Assembly (NCBI RefSeq): GCF_009914755.1
Contig: NC_060925.1
Reading direction: 5' to 3' (one strand)
Length of the DNA: 64,000 bases
Source: the human T2T-CHM13v2.0 reference genome, Homo sapiens
This document shows positions 28,977 through 44,880 of this stretch, piece by piece (within the stretch, counting starts at the first letter, position 1; each line of letters opens with the position of its first letter). The notes below the pieces were generated by a model. That model was not told where the DNA came from and made no database searches. It was given only the letters and a program-made list of their open reading frames with translations. The translations under genes were made by a program, and so were the position numbers.

Positions 28977-29146
28977 TTTTTTTGTTAGGTTTTTTTTTTT
29001 TTCCACAGATAGGGTCTTGCTATGTTTACCAGGCTGGAGTGCAGTGACCATTGACAGGCGTGATCACAGCACACTATAACCTCAAACTCCTGGGCTCAAG
29101 GATCCCGAGTAGCTGGGACTACAGGTGTGTGCCACTGCACCTGACC
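28977..29146 (-). mobile_element. FAM (fossil Alu monomer)
   Basis: Monomer retaining the 7SL-type segment GCAGTGACCATTGACAGGCGTGATC. Confidence 0.8.
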
Positions 29147-29538
29147 TACAGCCAATTAAAAAGAAATTAATATCACACACAGTGTGATCTCTGACCACAA
29201 CGAAATCAAAGTAGAAATCAAGAACAGAAAGATAAGAGGAAGATTTCCAAATACTTGAAAACGAAATGACATATTTCTAAATAATCCATGCATCAAAGAG
29301 GAAATCTCAAGGGAAATAAAAAAATACATTAAACTGAATGAAAATGAAAATACAACAAATCAATTGTGGGACACATCTAAGCAGTGCTGAGAGGAAAATT
29401 TATAGCACTAAGTGCACACATTAGAAAAGAGGAAAAGTCTCATATCAATAATTTAAGCCCCACCTCAAGAACCTAGGAAAAGAAAAGCAAAATAATCCCA
29501 AAAGAAGCAGAAGTAAAGAAATAATAAAGATAAGAGTA

Positions 29539-29850
<312 letters not shown>

Positions 29851-30428
29851 AGCAGAAATTAATAAAATTGAAAACATAAAATAATCAAGATTGTTTTGGT
29901 CTTGGTGGAGGGAGAGTCATACAGAACAGAACAGAGAAGCCAAAAATAGACCCACACAAATGTGACAACTGATTTGCAGCAAAGGTTCAAAAGTAATTCA
30001 GTGGAGGAAAGACAGCCTTTCAACAAATGGTGCTGGAGCTATTGGACATCCATAGGCAAAATACATGCACTTCAACCTAATTCTCATACCTCATACAAAA
30101 ATTAACATAAAATGGATCACAGACTTAAATGTAAAATTATAAAACAGAAAAAAAAACATAGAGAAAATCTTTGGGCTCTAGGGCTAGTCAAGCAGTTAGA
30201 CCTAACATGAAAAGCATGATCCATAAAAGGAAAAACTGATAAATTGGATTTCATCAAGACTGGAAACTTTTGCTCTATGAAAGACCCATTAAGATCATAA
30301 AAAGACAAGCTAGAGAGTAAGAGAAAATAGTTGCAAACCACACGTCCAACAAAAGGCTAGCATCTAGAATATATAAAGAACTCTCAAAACTTAACAATAA
30401 AAAGCGAACGATTCAATTAGAACGTGGG

Positions 30429-31282
<854 letters not shown>

Positions 31283-31336
31283 ACGGGAAAGAGACACAGA
31301 GATGTTTTACTGAAGAAGGTATACAGACAGAAATAA

Positions 31337-31753
<417 letters not shown>

Positions 31754-32774
31754 TAAAATAAAAAGTAGTGACAGCATCAAATGCCAGTTAGAATGTAGAG
31801 AAACCAGATCACTCACACATTGCTGGTGGGAATGTAATGGTGCAGCCATTCTAGAAAACTTCGGGAGTTTCTTTAAAAAACTAAACGTGCAACTACCATA
31901 TCATCCAGAAATTGCACCCTGGGACATTTGTCCTAGAGAAATGAAGACTTATCTTATGTTCCTACAAAAACCTGCACATGAATATTTACAGCAACTTCAT
32001 TCGTAATAGCCCAAGAACTGGAAACAACCCCCGTGTCCTTCAACAAGTCGGTAAATGATTAAGCAGACTGGTTCATCCATACCATGAAATACTACTCAGC
32101 CATGAGAAGAAACAGCCTTGATACACAAAGCAACCTGGATAAATCTCCAGAGAATTATCCGGAGTGGAAAAAGCCAATCCCCAAAGGCTGCTACACAGTC
32201 CGTGACTGCATTAGTTTAACATTCTTAACATGACAAAATTATAGAGATGGAGAACAGGTTGGTGGTTGGCAGGAGTTAAGGAGGAGGAGAGGGCATTGAC
32301 AAGGGAAGGAAATGGGTATGTCTATAAAAAGGCAACTTGAGGACCCCTTGTGATGATGGAAATGTTCTGTTTCTTAGCTGTATCAATGCCAGGGTCTTGG
32401 CTGTGATACCGTACTGCAGTTTTGCAAGATGTTACTATCGGGGGAAATTAGGTAAAGTGTTCATGGGATCTCTGCATTATTTCTTACAACTGCATATGAA
32501 TCCACGATGATCTCAAAATAAGAAGTTTAAAACCACAAATGTGGGGAGGAGAGAGGCAGAAGTGTTTGAAAAGGCTAGAAATTATCAAACAACAATTTTA
32601 AAGTTCTATTCATAAACAAAGTAGAACTATTTGATTTCCCATTGTAAATAGAAAATGTGATTTTACATGCCCAGTACAACATATATGCTTAATAAATATT
32701 TGTTGGAAAGATGGTGGTGGGGGTGGATGGATGGAAAGCGAATAGCTGCAAATCCTGTCAGCAGGCAGTGTAGG

Positions 32775-32960
32775 GGCAGAGAGAGGATGAAGGAAAAAGA
32801 AAAGACAAAGAGATAAAGAAGGAGGAGGAAGGGGGAAAAAGAGCAGAAGAAGAGAAATAAGAAGAGAGAAAGGAGGAAATGAAGGGGAAAAGGAGGAAGA
32901 GGAAGAAGGGGAGGAAGGGGGAGGAAGAGGAAGAGAAAGAGAAGTCAGGGGAGATGAGAA
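32775..32960. repeat. GA-rich low-complexity tract
   Basis: Direct reading. Confidence 0.9.
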
Positions 32961-33422
32961 GCATGGTGCTTTGTGGCATATTGACGGTGGGCAAGGCTGT
33001 GGATTTTTCTGAGCAGCCTTGGTGTGGAGAAAAGACCTCCCAGGGTGCATGGCGCCCGCAGACACCCTGGCTAGGCTGCCCCTTGTTGGGTGGAACTGCT
33101 CCCTCCCTCTTTGCTGGGCACCTACTTTGTCCCCTGGTGGGTGGCTCCTGTATGGGTGAGGTATTCCAGCTCTCTGGGCCCTTTCCTTCTCACCCTGTAT
33201 CGGCACAGCTCCAGCACCAGGTCATGGTCACAGACAGTCAGAATGTGCTGATGGAATTTTCCTGTTGATTTAAGCTAGTGAGACCTTGCTTGTCCTGGAA
33301 AAACTGGACATGAGAGAGGTAGGGGGAACAGGAATTGCTTTCCAAGAATCTCCCTCATATGGGGTGCTCTGAAGGCCTCTTTTGTCATCTCCTTCTCCTT
33401 GGGAAGGGGTTCCTGGAAAGGT

Positions 33423-33852
33423 GCTGGTGCAGGAGGGCACTGGTGCAGGTAGCAGCTGGTGCAGGTGGGCGCTGGTGCAGGTGGGAGCTGGTGCAGGTAG
33501 GGGCTGGTGCAGGTGGGGGCTGGTGCAGGTGGGAGCTGGTGCAGGTGAGGGCTGGTGCAGGTGGGGGCTAATGCAGGTGGGGGCTGGTGCAGATGGGGGC
33601 TGGTGCAGGTGGGCGCTGGTGCAAGTGGGGGCTGGTACACGTGGGGGCTGGTGCAGGTGGGAGCTGGTGCAGGTGGGGGCTGGTGCAGATGGGGTCTAGT
33701 GCATGTGGGGGCTGGTGCAGGTGGGGGCTGGTGCAGGTGGAGGCTGGTGCAGCTGGGGGCCGGTGTAGGCAGATGCTGGTGCAGGTGGAGGCTGATACAG
33801 GTGGGCACTGGGGAAGTTAGGGGCTGGTGCAGGTGGGGGCTGGTGCAGGTGG
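33423..33852. repeat. Minisatellite, 27 x 16 bp, consensus GCTGGTGCAGGTGGGG
   Basis: Units start every 16 bp from 33423 to 33839 with no indels; last unit partial. Confidence 0.97.
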
Positions 33853-34859
33853 ACCTGCCAATTGGGACTAGGTGTCAGCCACAGCCAGGCGAGGGGGAAG
33901 GGAAGGAGCTGTCCTGGCTGGGGGCTTGGGGCACCAATTTGCAGGTGAGTGAGAAACCCCAAGACCAAACGTTTGATTGCGTGCATCACCTTTGTGTCAC
34001 CTTTCAGTGCTGGACTTGTGTTCCCTGGAGACAGGGCCATGATCTTCTCTCCCATGTGTCAAATCAGACAATGGACACTGAAACACTGCGCTGGGGCCTC
34101 AGGAGGAGGATGAGGAACAGGATAGGGGGACACCCACCTCTCTCTGCCCAGGACGACTCAGGGGTGTGCCTCCTAGCAGCTGTGAAAACACTAAAGGATT
34201 TACAACATTCCCGCTTATGTGGGATTTGGATTCATTTCCACAGCTCTACCTATGAGTAAGAGAATCTATTCAGCAACATGACATCACGGAATGGCAAGAG
34301 TGACAGCTGCAGAGGTGCCAGATGTTGTCCCATCTCTGTCTCACTGTGCTCTGGCCTTCTCTGGCCTCTCCTTTCTAACCCACCAACCCTGTCTGGCTGG
34401 GATATAGGCCTGGTTCATAAGTCCCCTCTGCTATACTCCACCTTTGCCTCAGGTCTCTCATCCCTTTGCCTTCTGCCCGCCACCCACCTGGATTGGAAGC
34501 CCACCGTGGGGGTTGTCTCTTGGCTGCTGAGCGCTCAGCAGGGCCCCTGTGGTCAGCAAATGGGTGATGTGGGAGTGCAGATGACACACCCTGGTTGGGT
34601 TCTTTCCGTGAGAAAGTGGCATTGGGTATTTCTAAAATGACTGTGGTTTTCTTAAATTTTCTAACCACAAAAATGTTATGAGTTTCTCACCGTGGCAGAT
34701 CAAATAGAAATATGATTCATGCTTCACAATTTGTGTAGCCAATATCATAGATATTTGGTAGTTCTATTATGTATCTGACAGGTACATATATTTTTTTCCT
34801 CTAAGAGATTGTTCTGTGTGAATAGATAGAAACTACTTAAATACAGTAAAGTCTATTTA

Positions 34860-36059
34860 TTACAGACCAAGAGCAAACAGTTTACTAAATGGAAAAATGC
34901 TGAAGTCATTTCTATTAATTCAAGATCAAGACAGAGTGCCCATTGTCATCACTATTGATCTACACAGCATTGGTGGGTTTAACTAATAACAATAAGATGA
35001 AAATGAATTGATTGGAATAAGCATTGGAAATGAAGACAGAAATGTCTTTATTTGCAGATGATTGAGAGTATACCTAGACAACCTATAGATCCTAATAAAA
35101 TAATATTAAAATTAGTAAGAGAATTTAGTAAGGTAGATAGGTAGATAAATATATAAATATAAAGCTTTGGTTTATGGTAACAATAAACATTTGAGAAGGG
35201 AAATGAAAAAAAATAGCCTATTCATAATAACAGCAGGCACTCACTATACAATTCCTAAGGATGCATTTAACAAGAAAAGGTAAACTATTTACAGAAGTAA
35301 AATGATACAATCGTATTGAAGGACATTTTAAAAAAAACCCTCAGCAAATGGATATGTACAAGCCATGCTTCTGTATGGAAAGATGTAACATCAAAAAATA
35401 CCAGTTCTTAAAAAACTAATGTATTAAATTTAAGACATTACTATATAAATTTAATGCAATTGCAGTTAGAATTTTACTTCTAAGAACCGGATAAAGTAAT
35501 TTTAGATTCTATGTAGATAAAATAATTGTAAAGTAAATGTAAAATAACTATACATTTCAAATGTTCAGAGAAAAATAGTGAAGAAAATGCGAATGCATGG
35601 GGACCAGTTCTAGTATAGACAATAAAACTCAGACTCAAGCAACCAATACCAAAACAGTATGTTGCTGGCACCGGATCTGGCCAATGTATTAAGGAAACAG
35701 ACCTGAGAGCCCAGAAATAGATGAGTAGAGAAATCTAAAATATGATGATGGCATTTTCAGTCAGAGAGAAAGGGTGGTTCCAGCAATTGTTCAGGTACAA
35801 CTGTTTATCCAACTTTAAGAAAAACAAACAGAGATTCTACTTTAACCATATGTAGAAACAAATTCTAGGTGATTTAAAGATTTACTTGTCAAAATAAGAC
35901 ATTAACATATTAGGACAGAATTTAGGGGTCTATTTATATAATCATAGAGGGAGGGAGCACTCTTTCCTTCCCTTCCCTTCCCTTCCCTTCCCTTCCCTCC
36001 CTCCCTCCCTCTCTCTTTCTCTCTTTCTCTCTTTCCTTCTCTCTCTCTCTTTCTTTCCT

Positions 36060-36135
<76 letters not shown>

Positions 36136-36760
36136 TTTCTTCTTTCTTTTTTTTTTTTTTAAATAGAGTTTTGCTCTTGTTGCCCAGACTGGAGTACAAT
36201 GGTGTGATCTCAGCTCAACGCAACCTCCACCTCCTGGGTTCAAGTGATTCTCGTGCCTCAGCCTCCTGAGTAGCTTGGATTACAGGCCTCTGCCACCACA
36301 CCTGGCTAATTTTGTATTTTTAGTAGAGGTGGGGTTTCTCCATGTTGGTCAGGCTGGTCTTGAACTCCCGACCTCAAGTGATCTGCCTACCTCAAACTCC
36401 CAAAGTGCTGGGATTACAGGCGTGAGCCACCGCGCCCAGCCAGAAGGAGCACTTTCTAAACAAGCTAGAAATCCCAGAAGCCATCAACAAAGGGGGAGAT
36501 ATATGTTGACTACATGAAAATTAAACATTTTATAAGAGAAGGATCCATGAGCAAAATCAAAGAGCAAACAACAGACTAGGAAATGTATTTCCAACACACA
36601 ATCAATCTCTTAAACCATTGAAAAACTATGAATTAATTATACTTTTAAAAGATAAATTTAAATTGTAGCAAGAAAATGCTAAAGGACTATGAGCTGCTAA
36701 TTTGCAGAAGAAGCAATCCAAGCACCCAGAAAACACATGAAAGGAGACTCAGAGAACAGA
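34860..36760 (+). mobile_element. Old L1M ORF2 fragments
   Basis: TTTATTTGCAGATGAT (FADD region), CCCAGAAATAGA and other ORF2 motifs. Confidence 0.7.
35963..36441 (-). mobile_element. AluSp with compound (TTCCC)n/(TC)n/(TTTC)n tail
   Basis: Reverse Alu; GGAGCACT on both flanks. Confidence 0.92.
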
Positions 36761-36797
36761 AATTCAACAAATGAGGCAACAGGGCCACCTAAGGTTT

Positions 36798-36882
36798 TAG
36801 GGTGACCAACTTGTCCTTGTTTGCCCAGGAGTCTCCTAGTTTTGAAACTCCTTAGTCCTGGGCAAACTGAGATGGTTGCCCT
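36798..36882. mobile_element. MER81-like hAT-Blackjack MITE
   Basis: TAGGGTGACCAAC...TTTGCCCAGGA / TCCTGGGCAAA...GTTGCCCT palindromic element. Confidence 0.75.
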
Positions 36883-37864
36883 TGACAGAAGAAAGAAAAG
36901 CCTGAATCAGGTATTTGAACTTTGAATGGACCAAGAGTGTACTCAATGAGATTGAGTTAACCCCAAAAGACTTAAACCCCAGAAAGAGACTAAGTGGACT
37001 TCAATGAGCAGCTTTGTGTTTTCTTACCATTAAGGGATTAGGGGCTCCAGGATGAGGTGGCAGCAATTCTAGGCAGTAAAGAAAGTTACTGACATGGCTG
37101 GAAAGTTTGTATACAAAGGTGGTTTAGGGTCATGTGGGGGCTGAAACCTAGCTCATGCTCTGCTTGTCGAGCTGTGTGTCCTGGTGTGGGGCTGAGCCCG
37201 TCTGGACCAAGGGATGCCCTTGACTCTGCACACAGGTGTGCATGGGTTAGAGGGACCCTAGTGATGGCCGTCCTGTCATCTGGGCTTGGTAGAGCCCAGG
37301 CCCAAAGCATGGTGACACTCAGAGGACACACTCCTGCATGGTCCAAGGCAGTGTTTCAGGGAAGAATCTGTCTGGGTGGAGGCCTGGTGGGCTGGAGGGC
37401 TTGGAGGTGTCTGTGAGGTTGCCCTGCAGGCCCTGACCTCTCAGAGATTGTACTGAGGGAGTGCCAGTCCTCCTGGTTGTCTGACTGGCTGTGCCCCCAC
37501 TGCCACCCTCTCAGCCTACAGCCTCTTGCTCTTCACTCAGCCAGCTCCACAGGAACCTTTTTACATTCTGAGCTCAGCAGTTCTTCTTCCCCACAGCCAG
37601 GCCCCTGGCCCCCTCCTCCCTGTAGCCTTCCTTGCCTGGGCTCTGAGAACCTGCCCTGACTGCAGACTGGGGTCTTTGTTAATCTAGATGAGGGCCCGGG
37701 GGCTGAGCTTCAGGTCTCAGAATGTGCTTTCTAAGGTGGCCACCTTGAGACCTCCCATCCCATAAGCTCTTCTTACAATGTGTTGTTGACTTTCCTCCCA
37801 TTGAGAGGTGGGGGTGCCTTTGAATTTGGGAGGGACTATGTCATACAACTATGACAAAAGTGAC

Positions 37865-38564
<700 letters not shown>

Positions 38565-39818
38565 GTGACATTATGTGAGGCTCATTCCTAAAAGGCAATA
38601 CAGCTTCTGCCTGGTTCTCTTGGGACACCTGCTCTTGGAATCCAGCTACCATGCTGTGAGGAAGCCCAAGCCTCCTGGAGAGGCCATGTGTGGCTCTTCT
38701 GACTGAGCTGACAACCAGATTGGTTATGGAAACTTCTGAGATGGCTCCAGCCCCAATTAACCTCGATTGTGTAAGAAACATCTAGCTGAACCCATTCAAC
38801 CGCCAGAACTGTGAGAGGTGATAATAAAAATATTGCTCATGTTTTAAGCCACCGTGTTTTGGGATGATTTGTAAACAGCAATAGATAATTGGTGCCACAA
38901 TTCTGGCAGCAGAGCACTAAGACCAAAACCCTGTTATAAGCTTCTGCTCTGATCATTTAACCCCTACCACTTTCCTGGGTGATCAGCCATTTGTTCAACT
39001 TGCATTGGGTGAGCATTCGCCTCATGCCAGGCTCTGTGTCACACTGAGGGCCCAGTGAGGGGTGAACAAACAGACTTGGTGCTGGCATTCAGAGAAGGGA
39101 CATCTGTTACTCGGGAGACCCTCATTCCCCTTATCTCATGAAGTGAAGGGGATCTGGTCCCACCTGGCTTCTTCCCTCTTCCTTTCCCTGCAGCCAGGCT
39201 GGGCCTGGAGTGTCCTAGCACATGTCACTCTAGTGACTGAATTCTGGACATTATTATTGGCTTCCTGTGAGAACCGAAGCAGGGGCCCTTGAGGGATAAG
39301 ATCAGATGAACAGGTTTAAACCAAAAGGGAGACAAAGCCACCCCAAACTGAGAGGCAGGATGGAGTACAGGGAGACGTCCAGAAAGCAGGGACCTAATCT
39401 AGGATGGGGAGATTTGAAAGACAGGAAGGAGGGTCTGTGCTGGTGGTTGGCATTGTTGGGGCGCCAAGGGGGTCACTCAGGGTGGTGTCTCTCATGTGGC
39501 CTTTGGTTCTTTCTCCAGAGAAGCACTCAGGCGAGGAGGCTGGGTCATGTTTCAGGGTTGTTAAAAATACAGCAGTAACTCACTGAGTGCCGCCTTCTAT
39601 GGGGTTGGCCTGGGGAGCTGTAAAGTATAAAGGGAAACCTCTTCCCCAGGTGCAAGGACCTGCTGCTGGCAGTTGATGGAGCAACTGTGGGAGTGGTGAT
39701 TGGCTGCTTTGAGGAGGCCCAAGAAGTGAGCTGCCACCTCACAACTCCAGGGGCTGGGCAAGGATGAGAGAGTCTCAGATTCATTGCTGGGGCTTGGAGT
39801 CTAAGGGGCATGGAGGGA

Positions 39819-40277
39819 TGTAGTAGTCAGCTAGAGCTGCCATAATAAAGCACCAGAAACAGGATGGCTTACACAACAGAAATGTATTTTCTCATCGTTC
39901 TGCAGACCAGAAGTCCAAGATCAAGGGGTCAGCAGGATTGTTCCTCCTGAGGGTTAGGAGGGAGAATCTGCTCTAGGCCTCTCTCCTGGTTTCTAGTGTT
40001 TGCCAGCAATCTTTGCCATTTCTTGGTTTGTAAAAGCATCACCTGATTTCTGCCTTGGTCTTCAGGTGATGTTCTCCCTGTCTGCATGTTTGTGTCTAAA
40101 TTTCCCCTTTTTATAAGGACATCAGTCATATTGGATTAGGACTCACCCTTCTCCAGTATTACTGCATCTTAACTTGATTACTTCTGTAAAGATTTCTTCT
40201 CCAAGTGAAGTCACATTCTGAGGTACTGGTTAGGACTCCAGTGTATGGCTTTGAAGGGACACAATTCACCCATAACA
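39819..40277 (-). mobile_element. MLT1C solo LTR
   Basis: AGAAGTCCAAGATCAAGG, TTTTATAAGGACATCAGTCATATTGGATTAGG, CACAATTCACCCATAACA. Confidence 0.88.
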
Positions 40278-40374
40278 TGAGACGATAATGTCAACCAGGC
40301 ACCTAGTTCTATAGCTGACTTCTTGGTCTCAGGTAATGTGCTCAACAACTCTGTGATAAAAATACTATACATTT

Positions 40375-41310
<936 letters not shown>

Positions 41311-41549
41311 TCTCCATTTTAGGGATAACGAAGTGATGCTCAGGAAGTTTAAGTGGCTTGTTGAAGGTCATATGGGTCATGAGGGGCAGAACCAAGATTT
41401 GAACTCAGCCAGATTGGTCAGATGCCAGAGCCTAAAGCATTTTCTTTTTAATTCCTTTGTGATATGTTTGCTTTCCGTGGTGTGGGGTGGCCTGGGAAGT
41501 AAAGTATACCATGGGATGTGTATTTTACCTTCATCTGACTGATTTGCAT

Positions 41550-41785
41550 TATAGTCAGGCAGTCTGCAATTGCAAGAGTGGTTTTGAGTCCCTGCTTCAC
41601 CATTTACCAGCCGTGTGACCCTGGGCACATGACTAAACTTGCTTCTGTCTCTGCTTCCTGATCTGTACAATGGGGAGATAACAGCATACATAGGGTTGTT
41701 GTGAGGGTTAAATAACGAATTAATATATGAAAGCCCAGTGACTGTGCCAGGCATATGGTAAGTGCCATATGAATGTGAGATATTT
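41550..41785 (+). mobile_element. MIR
   Basis: GTGTGACCCTGGGCA...CTGTACAATGGGGAGATAA...ATAGGGTTGTTGTGAGG. Confidence 0.85.
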
Positions 41786-42087
41786 GACAATTATCTCTTG
41801 AGCACTATCTCCAGGCCACATCCATGTGCTAAGTATACAAGGATGACTAACGCATTGTATCGGGCCCACCTTGTCTGCACCTTTCATCCTCTGGATAGAT
41901 CCCTCTTTTCCTGTGGCCATTGGTGAGGCCATCAGCTTCAAGCAGGTATACCTGTCGGCATCTTGCCTTGTTGTTCCCTCCTCTCTATGAGGAACTGCCA
42001 TACCCTTCTCCACCGCGGCTGCACCACTTCACATCCCAGCAACAGTGCACAGGGGTTCCAGTGTCTCCACATGCTTGCCAGCATGTC

Positions 42088-42330
42088 TCCCTCCTTTCCT
42101 CCCTCATTCCCTCCCTCCCTTCCTTCCTTCCTTCTTTCTTTCCTTCCTTCCCTCCCTCCCTCCCTCCTTCCTTCCCTCCCTCCTTCTCTCTCTTTTTCTT
42201 TCTTTCTTTCTTTTTTCTTTCTTTCTCTTTCTTTCTTTCTTTCTTTTCTTCCTTCCTTCCTTCTTCCTTTCCATTCCTTTCCTTTCATTTCCTTTTCTTT
42301 CCTTTCCTTTCCTTCTCTGTCATTCTTTCT
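42088..42330. repeat. Compound (TCCC)/(TTCC)/(TTTC) pyrimidine tract
   Basis: Direct reading. Confidence 0.92.
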
Positions 42331-42346
42331 TAATATTAAACTTTTA

Positions 42347-42990
42347 GCTATGGAAAACAGTATAGCTATTTCTCAAAAAATTAAAACTAAAGTTACCATA
42401 TGATCCAGTAATACCTCTTCTGGGTATATATCCAAAAGAATTGAAAGCAGGGTCTTGATATACTTGTACACCATGTTTATAGCAGCATTATTCACAATGG
42501 CCAAAAGCTGGAAGCAACCCAAGTGTCCATTGACGGATGACTAAATAAGCAAAATGTGGTCTATCCATATAAAGGAATATTAGTTGACCATAAAAGGCAA
42601 GGAAATTATGACACAAACTACAACTTATGTCAAGCTACAACTTGCTGGATGAAACTTGAGGACAGTATGCTAAGTGAAATCAGCTAGACACAAAAAGACA
42701 AGCACCATATACTTCCATTTCTTTGAGGTACGTGGAATAGTGAAAGTCATAGGGACGGGAAGTAGAATATGGTGGCTACCAGGGACCAGGGGTAGCAGGT
42801 AACAGGGAAATATTGTTTCGTGGGTATAGGGTTTCACTTTCACCAGATGAAGAGTTCTGGAAATGGATGGTGGTGATGGTTGCACAACAATGTGGGTGTA
42901 CCTAATGCTGATGAAATATGCAGTTAAAAATGGTTAAGATGGTTTTATGTTACAAAATACATATTTTATCAAAATTTTAAAAAATTTAAT
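42347..42990 (+). mobile_element. L1MB3-like 3' end
   Basis: GAGTTCTGGAAATGGATGGTGGTGATGGTTGCACAACAATGTG...AAAAATGGTTAAGATGG. Confidence 0.85.
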
Positions 42991-43050
42991 ACTTTTAGAA
43001 AATTTTAAAATTGGAAAAAAGTTGTCTGTGTGAATTGTTTCCTTGTCTAC

Positions 43051-43478
43051 TGTTGAAGTCAAAATAAAAAAGTGGAGATGAACCAAAATAAAAATAGAGA
43101 GATGAATCTCGAAATGTAGCATTTTATTTGGGAAGAAAGAATTGCAATTCACGGCATACACACAGACAGAGTGGTCTTCTGAAGATGGTACGCCTGAAGA
43201 ACAAAGAGAAGGTTGGGGGTTTTATAAAAAAAGGGAAATGTTACATGTGTTATTGGGAGAAAGTTCACTGGTATTAGCAAAGCCCTGGGAACTGGCAAGC
43301 TCTGACTGGTGAGCCATGAAGATGGGCAAAAGCCATGAAGGTAGTCCCATAGTTGCAGCAAGTTAGCTCAGCAGCTATGTGAACAACTGGCCTCAGGTTA
43401 CAACCAGCAGCTTCAGCAGCCAGACTTGCAGAGCTGTACATTCCTGGAGCAACGTTATGTGTCCTGAGTGCTTTCCAC
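43051..43478 (-). mobile_element. MER67-family LTR, one end missing
   Basis: TGTTGAAGTCAAAATAAAA...TTTTATTTGGGAAG...GGCATACACACAGAC. Confidence 0.75.
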
Positions 43479-43630
43479 CACTGGTTGTTCCTTCTCCTTC
43501 TTCTCCTTCTTCTCCTTCTTTTCCTTCTTCTCTTCTCCTCCTTCTTTTCCTTCTTCTCTTCTCCTCCTTCTCCTCTTCCTCCTCCTTCCTTTTCCTCTTC
43601 CTCTTCCTCTTCTTCCTCTTTCTTCTGTTC

Positions 43631-43908
43631 TTTTTTTTTAATTTAATTTTATTTTTTATTATACTTTAAGTTTTAGGGTACATGTGCACATTGTGCAGGT
43701 TAGTTACATATGTATACATGTGCCATGCTGGTGCGCTGCACCCACTAACTCATCATCTAGCATTAGGTGTATCTCCCAATGCTATCCCTCCCCCCTCCCC
43801 CCTTCCCCCCCCCACAATAGTCCCCAGAGTGTGATGTTCCCCTTCCTGTGTCCATGTGATCTCATTGTTCAATTCCCACCTATGAGTGAGAATATGCGGT
43901 GTTTGGTT
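43631..43908 (-). mobile_element. 5'-truncated L1PA2 3' end
   Basis: CAGGTTAGTTAC, CATCTAGCATTAGG, CCATGTGATCTC diagnostics; lies in a CT-rich tract. Confidence 0.9.
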
Positions 43909-43919
43909 CCTCTTTCGTC

Positions 43920-44188
43920 TTTTCTTCTTCTTCTTCTTCTTCTTCCTCCTCCTCCTCCTTCTTCTTCTACCTCTTCTTCCTCTTCTTCCTCCTCCTCCTC
44001 TTCTTCTTCTTCTTCTTTTTTCTTTTTTTTTTTTTGACAGAGTCTTGCTCTGTCACCCAGGCTGGAGTGCAGTGGTGCGATCTTGGCTCACTGCAGCCTC
44101 TACTTCCAGATTCAAGCGATTCTCCTGCCTCAGCCTCTCTAATAGCTGGGACTACAGGCATGTGCCAGCACACCTGGCTAATTTTTTT
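43920..44188 (-). mobile_element. Alu right arm with (CTT)/(CCT) tail; left arm absent
   Basis: GACAGAGTCTTGCTCTG...CACCTGGCTAATTTTTTT followed directly by L1 sequence. Confidence 0.9.
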
Positions 44189-44477
44189 ATTATTATACTT
44201 TAAGTTTTAGGGTACATGTGCACAACGTGCAGGTTTGTTACATATGTATACATGTGCCATGTTGGTGTGCTGCACCCATTAACTCGTCATTTAACATTAG
44301 GTATATCTCCTAATGCTATCCCTCCCCTCTCCCCCCACCCCACAACAGGCCCCGGTGTGTGATGTTTCCCTTCCTGTGTCCACGTGTTCTCATTGTTCAG
44401 TTCCCACCTATGAGTGAGAATATGTGGTGTTTGGTTATTTGTTCTTGCGATAGTTTACTGAGAATGATGATTTCCAG
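44182..44477 (-). mobile_element. 5'-truncated L1PA3/4-like 3' end
   Basis: CAGGTTTGTTAC, CATTTAACATTAGG, CAGGCCCCGGTGTG. Confidence 0.88.
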
Positions 44478-44579
44478 TCCAGTCCCTTTCCCACGTGCCT
44501 TGCCCAGCCACAATGCCTCTCAGCGCAGCCCCCTCGCGGCTTCCCTTCCCCAGTCTTGCTTCATGCCACACTGTGCGTT

Positions 44580-44880
44580 GGGAGAGCTCCCAAAACCCTC
44601 CTATGGTTCCCTGCTGCCCTAGAGATGAAGCCCACCCTCCTCAACATGGCCACAAGGCCCCCGGCAGCTGGCAGAAGGCTTGGGGACCCTGGTGGAGCCT
44701 CCGTGGGCAAACCGTTTGTCCCCTACCATCATGCTTGGTGTATGGCTGCATTTGCCCTGTGCTTGTCTCCTCTGCTCTCTAAGTGATCTAAGGGCTGTCC
44801 TTGTCACTCTTGTTTACCCTGAATCCCCGGATCTCTCACAATCCCTGGCACTCCAAAAATATTGTCAAATAAATACATGA
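44580..44880 (+). mobile_element. L2 3' fragment
   Basis: CTCCTCAACATGGCCACAAGGCCC ... CCTGGCAC...AAATATTGTCAAATAAAT. Confidence 0.6.

Noticed and set aside
32610-33206. 198-aa Ser/Pro/Leu-rich ORF and similar ORFs at 23402-23733, 35902-36243, 41920-42403
   Set aside because: Produced by purine/pyrimidine low-complexity tracts.
33423-33852. CRISPR-like or immunoglobulin-switch-like array
   Set aside because: Head-to-tail units with no spacers; no cas or Ig constant-region sequence; primate context.
33275-34259. ORFs of 177 and 234 aa with PAPAPTCT or GAGGGWCRW repeats
   Set aside because: Translations of the stop-poor 16-bp minisatellite; no sign of a gene.
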